Positions 53,239 to 64,000 of a stretch of DNA of 64,000 nt are shown here, in pieces. Under the pieces are notes generated by a model that did not search any database, was not told where the DNA came from, and saw only the letters and a list, made by a program, of their open reading frames with translations. Positions within the stretch are counted from its first letter, which is position 1; every line of letters begins with the position of its first letter. The stretch is from assembly GCA_910578525.1 (NCBI GenBank), contig CAJTRF010000003.1, positions 6,442-70,441 of the forward strand, in the 5' to 3' direction. The DNA is from an uncultured Mycoplasmatales bacterium. GTDB taxonomy: Bacteria; Bacillota_I; Bacilli_A; Mycoplasmatales; Mycoplasmoidaceae. The translations under genes and the position numbers were made by a program.

Positions 53239-53493
53239 ATGGAAAGAAACACACGTAAAGTATTTAGTGGAATTGTAGTTTCTACAAAAATGAACAAGAC
53301 AATCGTTGTTAATGTAGAAAGAAAATACTTACACCCTTTATACAAGAAACAAGTTATTTCTCACAAGAAATACCATGTTCACGATGAAAAACAAGAAGCT
53401 AAAGTAGGCGATTTCGTAAGAATTATTGAAACTCGTCCAATTAGTAAAACAAAGTTTTACCGTTTACAAAAAATTGTAACTAAGGCAAAATAA
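53239..53493 (+). CDS. rpsQ: 30S ribosomal protein S17
   Basis: I prefer internal ATG 53239. [14 protein letters not shown]...HPLYKK...KYHVHDE signature. Confidence 0.93.
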   Translation: MERNTRKVFSGIVVSTKMNKTIVVNVERKYLHPLYKKQVISHKKYHVHDEKQEAKVGDFVRIIETRPISKTKFYRLQKIVTKAK

Positions 53494-53503
53494 GGAGGCA
53501 AAT

Positions 53504-53872
53504 ATGATTCAAGTAATGACAAGAATGAATGTTGCAGACAACTCAGGTGCAAGAAAAGTAGGAGTTATTAAAATCTTAGGTAACTCAAGACAAAGATATG
53601 CATCTGTTGGTGATATAGTAAAAGTATCAGTTAAAGACTGCATCCCAGAATCTGGTGTTAAAAAAGGTCAAATGTTTAAAGCTGTTATCGTTCGTACTAA
53701 AAAAGGTGTTAAACGTGAAAACGGCAACAAAGTAGCATTTGATGACAATGCATGTGTCATCATCAAGGATGATAATACTCCAAGAGGTACACGTATCTTT
53801 GGACCAGTTGCAAAGGAATTAAGAGATAAAGGGTTTAACAAGATCATCTCTTTAGCTCCAGAGGTGTTATAG
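53504..53872 (+). CDS. rplN: 50S ribosomal protein L14
   Basis: [19 protein letters not shown] signature. Confidence 0.97.
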   Translation: MIQVMTRMNVADNSGARKVGVIKILGNSRQRYASVGDIVKVSVKDCIPESGVKKGQMFKAVIVRTKKGVKRENGNKVAFDDNACVIIKDDNTPRGTRIFGPVAKELRDKGFNKIISLAPEVL

Positions 53873-53880
53873 GAGGTAAT

Positions 53881-54204
53881 ATGAACAGAATTAAAAAAGG
53901 TGATAAAGTTAGAGTAATATCTGGAAAGAATTCAACAAAAGAAGGAATCGTACTTCAAGTTTTTCCTAAGAAAAACTTAGCGATCGTTGAAGGTATTAAT
54001 GTAGCTAAAAGACATAATAAACCTTCTGCTAACCAAGACAAAGGTGGAATCTTAGATAAAGAACTTCCAATTCATTTATCTAAGTTAGCATTAGTTGCAC
54101 CTAAGTCTCCACGTGGTGTTTCAAAAATTTCTTATTCAAAAGACAAAGAAGGCAAGAAAGTAAGAATTGCTAAAAAAACAAATAGTGTAATTGGAGGTAA
54201 ATAA
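53881..54204 (+). CDS. rplX: 50S ribosomal protein L24
   Basis: [16 protein letters not shown] motif. Confidence 0.95.
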   Translation: MNRIKKGDKVRVISGKNSTKEGIVLQVFPKKNLAIVEGINVAKRHNKPSANQDKGGILDKELPIHLSKLALVAPKSPRGVSKISYSKDKEGKKVRIAKKTNSVIGGK

Positions 54205-54206
54205 TT

Positions 54207-54764
54207 ATGGAAAAAACATTAAGTAAAAAATACCAAGAACAAGTTAAAAACACTTTAATGACTGATGGTGCATATAAATCAATTATGCAATTACCTCGTC
54301 TTGAAAAGATTGTCATCAATTCAGGTGTAGGAGATGCTACTACTGATGCTAAATTATTGGAATCTGTTGTTCAAGAATTAACAGCTATTACAGGTCAAAA
54401 ACCAGTAATTACACGTTCAAAGAAAGCGATCGCTACTTTCAAATTACGTGAAAACCAAGGAATTGGTGCTAAGGTAACTCTTCGTGGTGAAAAAATGTGA
54501 AACTTCATTGAAAATTTAATTAACATTGCTTTACCACGTGTTAGAGACTTTAAAGGAATTCCAAACAGCTCATTTGATGGGCACGGTAATTACACACTTG
54601 GTATCAAGGAACAAATTATCTTTACAGAAATTAACTATGACCAAGTAAAGAAAATCCGTGGGTTTGATGTTACCTTTGTAACTTCATCAAAAGATGATGA
54701 ACAAGCAAGAAAACTATTAGAAGCAATTGGTTTACCATTTGCTAAATCAAAAAGAAATAAATAA
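54207..54764 (+). CDS. rplE: 50S ribosomal protein L5
   Basis: UGA 54498-54500 is read through. [24 protein letters not shown] and [14 protein letters not shown] motifs. Confidence 0.95.
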
Positions 54765-54773
54765 GGGGAAAAC

Positions 54774-54959
54774 ATGGCAAAAAAATCATTAATAGCAAAA
54801 CAAAAAAGAGCACCAAAATACTCAACAAGAAAATATACTCGTTGTGTAAGATGTGGTCGTGTACATGGTGTGTACAAAAAATTTGGCTTATGCCGTATTT
54901 GTATTAGAGAACTAGCTCATAAGGGTGAATTACCTGGAGTAAAGAAGGCATCTTGATAG
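54774..54959 (+). CDS. rpsN: 30S ribosomal protein S14, zinc-binding type Z
   Basis: CVRCGR...CRIC zinc ribbon. Ends KKASW with a UGA Trp, then TAG 54957-54959. Confidence 0.95.
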
Positions 54960-54969
54960 GAGAATAAAT

Positions 54970-55368
54970 ATGTATATAGATCCAATTTCAGATTTAATAA
55001 CTAAAATTAATAATGCTAGAAAAGCAAAGTTACAAACTGTAACTATTCAAACTTCAAATTTAACTACATCAATTCTTGATGTATTAAAAGCAGAAGGTTA
55101 TATTGCAGATTTTTCTATAGCTAAAGCTAACAAAAGTTCTAATAAAGTAACTAACATTACTTTAAAATACAAAAACCACACATCAAGTATTACAGGTATG
55201 AAACAAATCTCTAAACCAGGATTAAGAGTTTACCAAGAATCTAAAAAGATTCCTAAGGTATTAAACGGTTTAGGAATTGCTATCATTTCAACAAGCCAAG
55301 GAGTTGTTACGGACAAAGTTGCCCGTAAGAACAACTTAGGTGGTGAAATTATTGCTTATGTTTGATAG
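54970..55368 (+). CDS. rpsH: 30S ribosomal protein S8
   Basis: DPISDLITKINNA signature. Ends YVW with a UGA Trp, then TAG 55366-55368. Confidence 0.95.
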
Positions 55369-55376
55369 GAGAGATT

Positions 55377-55931
55377 ATGAGTAGAAAAGGAAATAAATTA
55401 ATTGCTATCCCCCAAGGTGTTAATGTAAACGTTGCACCAAACAATGTTACAGTTTCTGGTCAAACTGGAACATTAGTTGTTGATTATCCAGCAAATTTAA
55501 TTACAGTTGAAATTGTTGAAAACAACAAAATTAAAGTATCACGTAAGAATGATGAAAAACAAGCTAGAATCTTCCATGGTACTATAAATTCAAATATCGC
55601 TAATGCTGTATTTGGTATTGCAAATGGATACACAAAGAAATTAAAAATTGTTGGTGTTGGTTACAAAGCATCAGTTAGTGGAAACAAACTAACACTTGCT
55701 ATTGGATTTAGCCACCCTGTAGTTTTTGATATTCCAGAAGGTCTTAAAGTAGTTTGTCCAACTCCAACTGAAATTCACATTTCAGGAATTAATAAATTCC
55801 TAGTTGGTGAGTTAGCAGCAAACGTTCGTGCAACTCGTAAACCAGAACCATACAATGGTAAAGGTATTATGTATTTTGATGAACACATTATTCGTAAGGT
55901 TGGTAAAACAGCTGAAGGAGCTAAGAAATAG
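55377..55931 (+). CDS. rplF: 50S ribosomal protein L6
   Basis: I prefer internal ATG 55377 (MSRKGNKLIAIP). VGVGYKA and EPYNGKGI motifs. Confidence 0.94.
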   Translation: MSRKGNKLIAIPQGVNVNVAPNNVTVSGQTGTLVVDYPANLITVEIVENNKIKVSRKNDEKQARIFHGTINSNIANAVFGIANGYTKKLKIVGVGYKASVSGNKLTLAIGFSHPVVFDIPEGLKVVCPTPTEIHISGINKFLVGELAANVRATRKPEPYNGKGIMYFDEHIIRKVGKTAEGAKK

Positions 55932-55940
55932 GAGTAGAAT

Positions 55941-56300
55941 ATGAAACAACAAAATTTTAATCGTAAAGCTCAAAGAGCACTTCGTCACAAAAGAACTACT
56001 AATTATCTAAAGGCTAATAGTAATAAAAAGCCTAGATTAGTAGTCACTAAAACTAACACAAACATCATTGCTCAAATTATTGATGATCAAACAGGTAAAA
56101 CATTATTTAGTTCATCAATTAGCCAATTAAAATTAAAAGGCTGTAATATTAAAAACGCTACTTTAGTAGGTGAAGATATTGCAAAAAAAGCAGTAGCTAA
56201 CAACACTACAATAGTAGTGTTTGATCGTGGTGGAAACAAATACCACGGTAAAGTAAAAGCGGTAGCAGAAGCTGCACGTGCAAATGGACTTAAATTCTAA
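55941..56300 (+). CDS. rplR: 50S ribosomal protein L18
   Basis: PRLVVTKTNTNIIAQIID...FDRGGNKYHGKVKAVAEAAR signature. Confidence 0.95.
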   Translation: MKQQNFNRKAQRALRHKRTTNYLKANSNKKPRLVVTKTNTNIIAQIIDDQTGKTLFSSSISQLKLKGCNIKNATLVGEDIAKKAVANNTTIVVFDRGGNKYHGKVKAVAEAARANGLKF

Positions 56301-56302
56301 TT

Positions 56303-56971
56303 ATGGAGGCAAACATGGAAAAAGAAGTAATACAACAAGAAGTTAAACAAGAAGCAAAAGCTGAACAAAAACCAGTAGTAGTTGCATCTGAACAAAAACC
56401 TACACCTAAAGCAACTGAGCACAAAGGTGAAAAAAACGGAAAGAAGAAAGAATCTTCTAAACATTTCTCTAAGAAATCATTTGGAAAATTCAACAACAGT
56501 GGTTTTGATTCACAAACTGTAGAAATTAAAAGAATTTCTAAAACAACAAAAGGTGGACGTAGAATGCGTTTTTCTGCATTAGTTGTTATTGGTGATAAAA
56601 ATGGTAAAGTAGGTTATGGAATTGGTAAAGCTACTGAAGTTCCAAATGCAATTAAAAAAGCAACTAAAAATGCTAGAAACTCAGTGCGTAAAGTAATTAT
56701 TAACAAGAAAGGTACATTGTACCACGAAGTTATTGGTTATGCAGCAGCTAGTAAAGTATTAATTAAACCTGCTAAACCAGGTACAGGTATTGTTGCAGGT
56801 GGTGCTATCCGTTCGGTTATTGAATATGCTGGATTTAAAGATGTTTACACAAAGAATTTAGGATCAAATACAAAGACTAACATGGTTCAAGCTACTCTTA
56901 ATGCTTTATTAAACCAAAAACATCCATCAACAATTGCAAACTTACGTGATAAAAACGTAAAGGAATTGTAA
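56303..56971 (+). CDS. rpsE: 30S ribosomal protein S5 with ~65-aa N-terminal extension
   Basis: Core IKRISKTTKGGRRMRFSALVV.GD.NG.VGYG.GKA. Start is 56303 or 56315. Confidence 0.93.
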   Translation: MEANMEKEVIQQEVKQEAKAEQKPVVVASEQKPTPKATEHKGEKNGKKKESSKHFSKKSFGKFNNSGFDSQTVEIKRISKTTKGGRRMRFSALVVIGDKNGKVGYGIGKATEVPNAIKKATKNARNSVRKVIINKKGTLYHEVIGYAAASKVLIKPAKPGTGIVAGGAIRSVIEYAGFKDVYTKNLGSNTKTNMVQATLNALLNQKHPSTIANLRDKNVKEL

Positions 56972-56986
56972 TCATAGGAGGAAAAC

Positions 56987-57439
56987 ATGGAATTAAATAA
57001 CTTAAAATATACAAAAGGTTCAAGAAATCACAAAACTAAGACTTACGGTCGTGGTTTTGGTAGTGGTATCGGTAAAACTTCAGGTAAAGGTACTAAAGGT
57101 CAAAAATCTCGTAAATCTGGTAAAGTAAGATTAGGTTTCGAAGGTGGACAAACTCCTTTATACCGTAAGATCCCAAAAGTTGGTTTCAATAACTACAACT
57201 TCCAAGAAAATTACGAAATAGTTACTTTAACACAAGTGGCTAAATTAGGTGAAGAAGTTAATAAAGAAACTTTAGTAAAAGCTGGATTGATTTCTTCTAC
57301 AAAAGCAAAAGTCAAATTAATTGGTGGTAAAAAATCAATCACTTTATCTAAACCATTAAACATTACAGTAGACAAAGTTTCTGCTAATGTAGAAAAAGCT
57401 ATCTCAACAGCTGGAGGGAAAGTAAACTACTCTAAATAA
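56987..57439 (+). CDS. rplO: 50S ribosomal protein L15
   Basis: GRGFGSGIGKTSGKGTKGQKSR...GFEGGQTPLYRKIPK signature. Confidence 0.95.
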   Translation: MELNNLKYTKGSRNHKTKTYGRGFGSGIGKTSGKGTKGQKSRKSGKVRLGFEGGQTPLYRKIPKVGFNNYNFQENYEIVTLTQVAKLGEEVNKETLVKAGLISSTKAKVKLIGGKKSITLSKPLNITVDKVSANVEKAISTAGGKVNYSK

Positions 57440-58857
57440 TGGAAAATAAAAAGAATAAAAGTTACTGAGTAACTTTCAAAGAAATTTTTACTAATATTAA
57501 TGTAATCTCAGCGCTTGCGATTACTGCTTTATTATTAGTTTTCTTTCATTTTATTAGTACATTAACATTACCTTTCATTAAATTACCAAGTAACTACCGT
57601 TCAAGTGGTTCATTTGCAGACATGATGAACTTGCTAGCGGGTGGTGGTTTAGCAAAGATGTCATGATTTGCAGTAGGAGTTGGTCCTTATATTACTGCAC
57701 AAATTCTTGTACAATTGTTATCAAGCGATCTAATTCCTCCAATGTCAAGAATGGCTAAACAAGGTGAACGTGGAAGAAGAAAATTAGAAATTATTACTAG
57801 AATTGCCACTCTTCCTTTTTGTTTATTACAAGCATATGCTGTAATTGCAATGATTTTACAATCTGGTTCTTCATCAGGAACAAGCGAAGGAATTACTATT
57901 TTTGGACATTCTTCAATTAGTGAATTTTCAGCTGGTGAAATCGTTTCACTATTATTGATTTTTACTGGTGGAACATATGTTTGTGTTTTTATTGGAGACA
58001 TTATTACAAAACGTGGTGTAGGTAACGGGGTTACCTTGTTAATCTTAAGCGGTATCGTTGGTTCAATTATTCCTGATTTTACATACGCATTCCATTTTAT
58101 TCAATCAAAGATTAATATGTCTGCAGCTACTTATCAATTAACAGTTGCTTTATCTTATATCTTATATTTAGCATTCTTTGTTATAGTTTTAATGTTTGCT
58201 ATTTTCATTAATGGTGTTACAAGAAAAATTCCGGTTCAACAAGTTGGACAAGGTTTAAGTTTTAAAACCAAAGATTTAGCTTATTTACCAATTAAACTTA
58301 ACCCTGCAGGTGTTATCCCGGTTATTTTTGCTTCATCAATTATTACGATTCCTGGTACTATTGCTCAATTCTTACCAGAAGACAATGCAAAGTGAATATT
58401 ACAAGATTATTTTACATTGAATTCATGAGTAGGAATGGCTTTATACTTTGTATTTATTATTCTTTTCTCATTCTTTTATTCGTATGTTCAAATTAATCCA
58501 GCTCAGTTAGCTGAGAATTTTGAAAAATCAGGCAAGTTTATTCCTGGTGTTAAAAATGGAGAGGATACCGAAAAACAAATCACTAAAGTATTAGCAAGAA
58601 TTAATTGAATAGGTGCACCATTCTTAGCAATTATTGCTATTTCTCCATATTTACTATCAAAAGTAACTGGTATTCCTTCTGGTTTATCATTAGGAGGAAC
58701 AGGTATCATTATTATTGTTTCTGGTACATTAGAATTATGAAACTCAATTAAATCTGCTTCTACAACAAGTGGATATAACGTTACAAGAACAAAAATCATT
58801 AGTACTTTTGAACAAGAACCAAATTCAACAAAAGGAGGTACAACAAGATTATGATAA
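57439..58857 (+). CDS. secY: preprotein translocase subunit SecY
   Basis: ATG at 57439 overlaps the rplO stop (TAATG). Frame 1 includes track ORF 57715-58395. [22 protein letters not shown] and GNGVTLLI motifs. UGAs read through to TAA 58855-58857. Confidence 0.94.
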
Positions 58858-59468
58858 TTGTATTATTAGGAGCACCCGGAAGTGGCAAAGGAACATTATC
58901 TTCTAGATTAAAAAATGAACTAGGTTATGTTCATTTATCAACTGGTGATATGTTTAGAAAAATTCTAAAATCAAGTACTGAATTAGGTAATAAAATTAAT
59001 GCTATTATTCAATCAGGAAAATTAGTATCTGATGACTTAACTAATGAATTAGTTAAACAAGAATTATCAAATGTTCATGCTGATAAAATTGTTTTAGATG
59101 GTTATCCTAGAACTGTAGAACAAGCTCAATTTTTAGACTCAATTGCAAAAGTAGACAAGGTTGTTCTAATTGATATTGAAAATGATGTTGTAATTAAACG
59201 TATTTCAGGACGTAGAATGTGTCCTAAGTGTAATTCAATTTATAACATTTATTTCAACCAACCAAAAGTAGAAAATAAATGTGATCTAGATGGTGAAACA
59301 TTAATCACTAGAAAAGATGATAATGAAGAATCAGTAATCAAAAGATTAGCGGTTTATGATTCACAAACTAAACCATTAATTGATTACTATGATCGCCGTC
59401 ATATCTTGGTCAAATATGACGGTAACAAATCAATCGACCCAATTTTTGAGGCAATAAAAAAATTCTAA
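58851..59468 (+). CDS. adk: adenylate kinase (zinc-lid type)
   Basis: GAPGSGKGT and GYPRT motifs, CPKC...C.LDG lid. Confidence 0.95.
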   Translation: MIIVLLGAPGSGKGTLSSRLKNELGYVHLSTGDMFRKILKSSTELGNKINAIIQSGKLVSDDLTNELVKQELSNVHADKIVLDGYPRTVEQAQFLDSIAKVDKVVLIDIENDVVIKRISGRRMCPKCNSIYNIYFNQPKVENKCDLDGETLITRKDDNEESVIKRLAVYDSQTKPLIDYYDRRHILVKYDGNKSIDPIFEAIKKF

Positions 59469-60217
59469 TGATTTATTTAAAATCACAAGAAGATATTGCC
59501 AAGATTAAGCAAGCTGCTGAGATTTGAAAAAAAACTAGAGCAGTGTTAATTGAAGCCACTAAACCCGGAGTCAGCTTAATCACCCTTGATAGATTAGCAG
59601 ACGAAACTATTCGTTCATATAATGCGACTTGTAGTTTCTACCAATATGAAAAATTTCCCAAACACATTTGTATTTCGGTAAATGAACAGCTAATCCATGG
59701 TATTCCTGGTAAATATATTATTAAACCAAATGATTTAATAACATTTGATATTGGGGTTACCTATCAAGGCCATGTTTGCGATGCAGCATTTAGTTTGGTA
59801 GTTGCTCCTTCAAATAATGAAGAAGCTAATAGAATTAACAAAGTTACTTTGTTAGCTCTAGATGAATCTTTAAAACTAATAAAACCAGGCAATACAATTG
59901 GTGATATTGGTGCCAAAATTAGCGAAATCGCCACAACCCATGGTTATGAAGTGATAAAGGATTTTACTGGTCACGGATGTGGAAACCACGTCCACGAAGA
60001 CCCTCTTATCCCTTGTTATGGAAAACCTCATTCTGGTCTTACAATCAGAAAAAACATGGTGTTGTGCATAGAACCAATGTTATTGACAGACACCGATCAA
60101 TATGTTATTGATCCAAAAAATGGTTGAACAGTAATTTCAAAAAACAAGAAACTTACCTGTCATTGAGAACATATGGTTCTAGTAACTGAAGAAGGATGTG
60201 AAATCCTTACAAAATAA
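59468..60217 (+). CDS. map: methionine aminopeptidase type I
   Basis: ATG at 59468 overlaps the adk stop (TAATG). UGAs join it to track ORF 59543-60127 and onward. FTGHGCG, IEPM and HWEH (W = UGA) metal-site motifs. Confidence 0.93.
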
Positions 60218-60240
60218 AAGAAAGGAAAATAATTAAATTA

Positions 60241-60453
60241 ATGGCAAATGATGCAATAAAAATGGATGGAACTGTTAAGGAAGTAGTGAATGCTAATTCC
60301 TATAAAGTTCTATTACAAAATGGAATTGAAGTAATGGCTAGCGTGTCGGGTAAAATGAGGATGCACAAAATTCAGATTTTACCAGGCGATATTGTCCAAG
60401 TTGAGTTAAGTCCATATGATTTAACACGCGGAAGAATTACTTACCGCCGTTAA
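60241..60453 (+). CDS. infA: translation initiation factor IF-1
   Basis: S1-like fold ending [32 protein letters not shown]. Confidence 0.95.
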   Translation: MANDAIKMDGTVKEVVNANSYKVLLQNGIEVMASVSGKMRMHKIQILPGDIVQVELSPYDLTRGRITYRR

Positions 60454-60475
60454 TTTTATATATAATATATAAACT

Positions 60476-60589
60476 ATGAAAGTTAGAGCATCTGTAAAAC
60501 CAATCTGCAAAGATTGTAAAGTTATAAAAAGAAAAGGTCGTGTGATGGTAATTTGCAAAAATCCAAAGCACAAACAAAGACAAGGATAA
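60476..60589 (+). CDS. rpmJ: 50S ribosomal protein L36 (37 aa, below the track cutoff)
   Basis: [37 protein letters not shown]. Confidence 0.93.
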   Translation: MKVRASVKPICKDCKVIKRKGRVMVICKNPKHKQRQG

Positions 60590-60608
60590 AAAGGAGAATT
60601 AATAATAA

Positions 60609-60983
60609 ATGGCACGTATATTAGGTGTAGATATTCCTAACAATAAAAAAGTTCCTTATGCCCTTGCTAGTATCTATGGTATTGGCATCTCATTAGGAAA
60701 GAAAATTTGTGCTGAGGCACAAATCGATCCAGAAAAAAGAGTTAGCGAATTATCTGAAAAAGAAATAGCTGCTATCCGTGAAGTTGCTTTAAAATTAACA
60801 ATTGAAGGTGACTTAAGAAGAGAAGTAGCAATGAACATCAAGAGATTGATGGAAATTAATTGTTATCGTGGTATTAGACACCGTAGAGGTTTACCAACTC
60901 GTGGTCAACGTACAAAGACTAATGCTCGTACTCGTAAGGGTCCACGTAAAACAATTGCTAACAAGAAAGTGGAAACTAAATAA
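60609..60983 (+). CDS. rpsM: 30S ribosomal protein S13
   Basis: [13 protein letters not shown]...[23 protein letters not shown] signature. Confidence 0.96.
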   Translation: MARILGVDIPNNKKVPYALASIYGIGISLGKKICAEAQIDPEKRVSELSEKEIAAIREVALKLTIEGDLRREVAMNIKRLMEINCYRGIRHRRGLPTRGQRTKTNARTRKGPRKTIANKKVETK

Positions 60984-60995
60984 TAAAGGAGAGTT

Positions 60996-61409
60996 ATGGC
61001 AACAGTTAAACAAACAAACAAAAAAACTGCTACTAAAGCAAAAGCTAAGAAGAAAAGAAAACTTCCTAGCGTTAATGGAATTGCTCATATTCATTCAACA
61101 GTTAACAATACAATTGTTACTATTACAGATGAACAAGGAAATGCAATTTCGTGATCATCAAGTGGAGTAATTGGTTACAAAGGTTCTAAAAAATCTACTC
61201 CATATGCAGCAGGTATTGCTGCTACAGCTGCTGCAAAAGCAGCAATGGCTATGGGTTTAAAATCTATTAAAGTTGTAGTCAACGGAACAGGTCAAGGTAA
61301 GGATACTGCAATTAGAAGCCTTGCAGCAACAGGACTAGTAATTACAGAATTATCTGATGCAACACCATTACCACATAATGGTTGCAGACCACCTAAAAAA
61401 CCACGTTAA
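60996..61409 (+). CDS. rpsK: 30S ribosomal protein S11
   Basis: [24 protein letters not shown] (UGA) SS.G...[11 protein letters not shown]. Ends [12 protein letters not shown]. Confidence 0.95.
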
Positions 61410-61426
61410 TTAAAAGGAGAATCACA

Positions 61427-62410
61427 ATGGAAAAATTTTTAAAATACACAATTAAACCAATTATCAATAATAAAGACTCTAAAGAAACTTCATTTGTTTT
61501 ACAACCATTAGAAAAAGGTTTTGGAACAACAATTGGAAACGCTTTAAGAAGAACATTATTATCAAACATCCCAGGAGCATCAATCTTTGCAATTAAAATC
61601 CCTGGAATTACTCATGAATTCCAAGCAATTAAAGGCATTAAAGAAGATGTTACTCAAATCGTTCTAAATTTAAAGAATTTAGTTCTTAAAATTTCTGAAT
61701 CTGCATTCAGTGATGAAGAATTAGCTTCAACTAAACTTGAACAATGACCAACTCTTCACATTTCTAAGAAAAAAGCTGGTGTAGTAACAGCAGCTGACAT
61801 TGAAGTTCCAGTAGGAATGGAAGTTGTAAACAAAAACTTATACATCTGTACTATTACAGATGATAAAGCTTCACTTGATATGGAAATTTATGCAACAAGA
61901 GGAAGAGGTTTCAGAACATTTGCTGAAAACCGTGAAATTGTTAACTCACTTTCAGTAATTGCAACTGATTCAAACTTCTCTCCAATTATCCAAGTTGGAT
62001 ACCATGTTGAAGATTACAAGATTTCAAAAACTGTAACTGGTGATTCATTAACTATGAATGTAGTAACTAACGGTTCTATTGAAGCTACAAATGCAGTAGC
62101 ACTTGCTGCTAAAATCTTATCTGAACACTTCATTCCATTAATTGACTTAGACGCTAAAGTTAAAGAAGTTGAAATTATTAACCAACAAATTGAAGAACAA
62201 AAAGCAAACACTTTATCTATTGCTATTGAAGAACTTGATTTATCAGTTAGAAGTTACAATTGTTTAAAAAACTACGGTATTCACACAATCCAAGAATTAA
62301 CTAACATGACTAAATCTCAAGTTGCTAAAATTAACAATTTAGGTAATAAGTCACTTCGTGAAATCCAAAAGAAATTAACAGATTACGGATTAACATTCAA
62401 AACTGAATAG
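61427..62410 (+). CDS. rpoA: DNA-directed RNA polymerase alpha subunit
   Basis: UGA 61745-61747 joins two track ORFs. [20 protein letters not shown]-terminal domain [12 protein letters not shown]. Confidence 0.95.
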
Positions 62411-62429
62411 GCACAAATAAGGAGTAAAT

Positions 62430-62789
62430 ATGTCTTTTATAAATAAAAAAGGAAAAACTTCTGCTTGAAGACAAATGGTAATTAGACAACAAGTAAGTGA
62501 TGTATTCGCTTATGGTCAAATTACTACTACAATCACTAAAGCAAAAGAAACTCAAAAACATGTTGACCGTTGTGTCACATTAGGCAAGAAAAACACATTA
62601 GCATCAAAACGTGAGTTAAGAAGTATCTTACTTCCTAACAAAGAAAAGTCTGTTGATCAATTAGTTAAAATTATCGAAGACTACGCTAAGAAACAAGCTA
62701 ATCGTAATGGTGGATACACTCGTGTTCTTAAATTAGGTAAAAGAGCAGGAGACAACACTGAAGAAGCAATTCTTGCTTTGGTAAAATAG
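62430..62789 (+). CDS. rplQ: 50S ribosomal protein L17
   Basis: ATG at 62430 behind AAGGAG. A UGA joins it to track ORF 62475-62789. GGYTRVLKLG.R.GD signature. Confidence 0.93.
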
Positions 62790-62807
62790 TTTACAAACTA
62801 AAAAAAG

Positions 62808-62836
62808 AAAGTTCATAGGGATCTATGAACTTTTTT
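62808..62836. terminator. bidirectional terminator between rplQ and the convergent surface-protein gene
   Basis: Stem AAAGTTCATAG / CTATGAACTTT, with A-rich 5' and T-rich 3' flanks. Confidence 0.75.
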
Positions 62837-64000
62837 AATAAGAACTACGTTTCATACTATCTTTGCGGTAGTAATATAAACCTAAGAATAAAATTAAGAC
62901 ACCTATGCCTACAATGGTTAATAATCAATATTTATTTAATGATTCCGATGAATTGAATTTGTATTCAAAGTTAAGTGCAACATCTTGTTTTGAGAAATGA
63001 TCAGTATAGTAAATTTGAGCCTTTAATATATTTTTTGAATCATTAGGAGTTAGTTTAATATCTAATTTATTGAGACTAGTAAAGTCTATAGAAGTATTTA
63101 TAAAATTATTAATGAATATATCTTTAGTAATACTACTTGGTTTATATTTACTTAATGATTTAGATAGTTTATTATTTTGTTTAATATAGTATGGTTCTAA
63201 ATTTTTTATTTCAAAATTAATATCTTTTAATGAATCATAAAAATCAGGATTATCACTTTTGCACAATTTAATATTAGCAATTCCTTTTTCTTCATTTTCG
63301 TAATCAATTGAGAAATTTGAGCAATTCACAATGTTAGGATCGAAGTTATTAGCATCAAGAATATGCTTTATTTTGCTTTCATCTAGTTGAGGAGTATAAA
63401 TCATTGACTCAAACAAATTCGCGTCAAATTGAGCGTGTTTAATGTCAGGTTTTTTCATACCACCATAAATAATTTCTTTATTGTTATCATTAATATTTAA
63501 ATCAATCATGATCCTTCCGTTTATCTCATCACGCGTAATCTTATACATGGATGAATCTAAAACACTTCCCTTTAATTTATCATTGTAATTGTCAGTGACA
63601 TTTACAAATTTGTCCAAGACTTCATTGTCAGTTAGATCATATGGATAGTCTTTTGCTAACTCTTCTGGATAATAAGAAATAAACGAAGCATCTTTAATGA
63701 ATGGTTTTGACAATATATAAGAGTTATTTTTATTTTCAATAAAATTACTACAAACACTAATAGTGTCTTTTTGGTCTGGACCTACATAATTGTTAACATC
63801 TGAATATTCATTTTCAATTAGTTTATCTAATTTGAATTCATAATTTCCATCAATATTTTTTGTTAAATTAATTTTCTTTCCTTCTTTTAATTCTTTGTTT
63901 GAAATATTTGTTATTTCTTTTTTATATTTTTGTGGATTTTCTTTGGTAGGAATTTCATATTCTAATTTAATAGAAGTAAAGTCTTGCAAATACTTGCAAG
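62835..64000 (-). CDS. large Asn/Lys/Asp-rich protein with C-terminal membrane anchor, 5' end beyond the window
   Basis: Track ORF 62925-63989 continues through UGA 62925-62927 into WLLTIVGIGVLILFLGLYYYRKDSMKRSSY, then TAA 62835-62837. The frame is still open at the window edge. Confidence 0.6.

Noticed and set aside
60868-61170. Overlapping ORFs 60868-61170 (+) and 60891-61094 (-) across the rpsM/rpsK junction
   Set aside because: Both conserved r-protein frames (S13, S11) account for this DNA. These are off-frame shadows.
1-64000. Apparent pseudogenisation: many housekeeping genes split into 2-4 ORFs
   Set aside because: Every break I checked is TGA, and the conserved sequence continues in frame. 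This is UGA = Trp decoding, not gene decay.

Overview
Strongly AT-rich Mollicutes (Mycoplasma-type) chromosome segment that must be read with genetic code 4 (UGA = Trp). Most long genes are cut at in-frame TGA codons in the supplied standard-code ORF track. I checked these breaks codon by codon for most of the long genes listed below and found only TGA, never TAA or TAG. The window is mostly core housekeeping. It holds hisS-aspS, the ECF transporter module ecfA1-ecfA2-ecfT, truA, yebC, ppa, rnhC, the rpsF-ssb-rpsR / rplI-dnaB cluster, ung, gatCAB, rpsU and mgtA. It also holds rpmG, an M24 peptidase, rpsP-trmD-rplS, rbgA-rnhB, lysS, rpsD and two tRNAs, Leu-CAA and Ser-GCU. A complete S10-spc-alpha ribosomal protein cluster runs from rpsJ to rplQ (47.7-62.8 kb). 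The clearest accessory region is a ~6 kb island between rpsD and the S10 operon. It carries a Type III restriction-modification pair: mod, with an in-frame (TA)8 tract near its 5' end, and res. The pair is bracketed by two minus-strand ORFs of ~220 aa that I cannot assign to any family; this is my best candidate for an undescribed defence-associated module. Other notable items follow. There is a Vat-family streptogramin-A-type acetyltransferase. An AsnA-fold paralogue with eroded catalytic motifs sits directly behind lysS. A 133-aa membrane protein is hidden by UGA codons. A coiled-coil gene carries 21-bp tandem repeats. Structured leaders precede rpsD, rpsJ and rpsF. Several ribosomal proteins carry long low-complexity extensions. 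I saw no rRNA, CRISPR array, transposase or integrase. All family assignments come from motif recognition by eye, with no database search.
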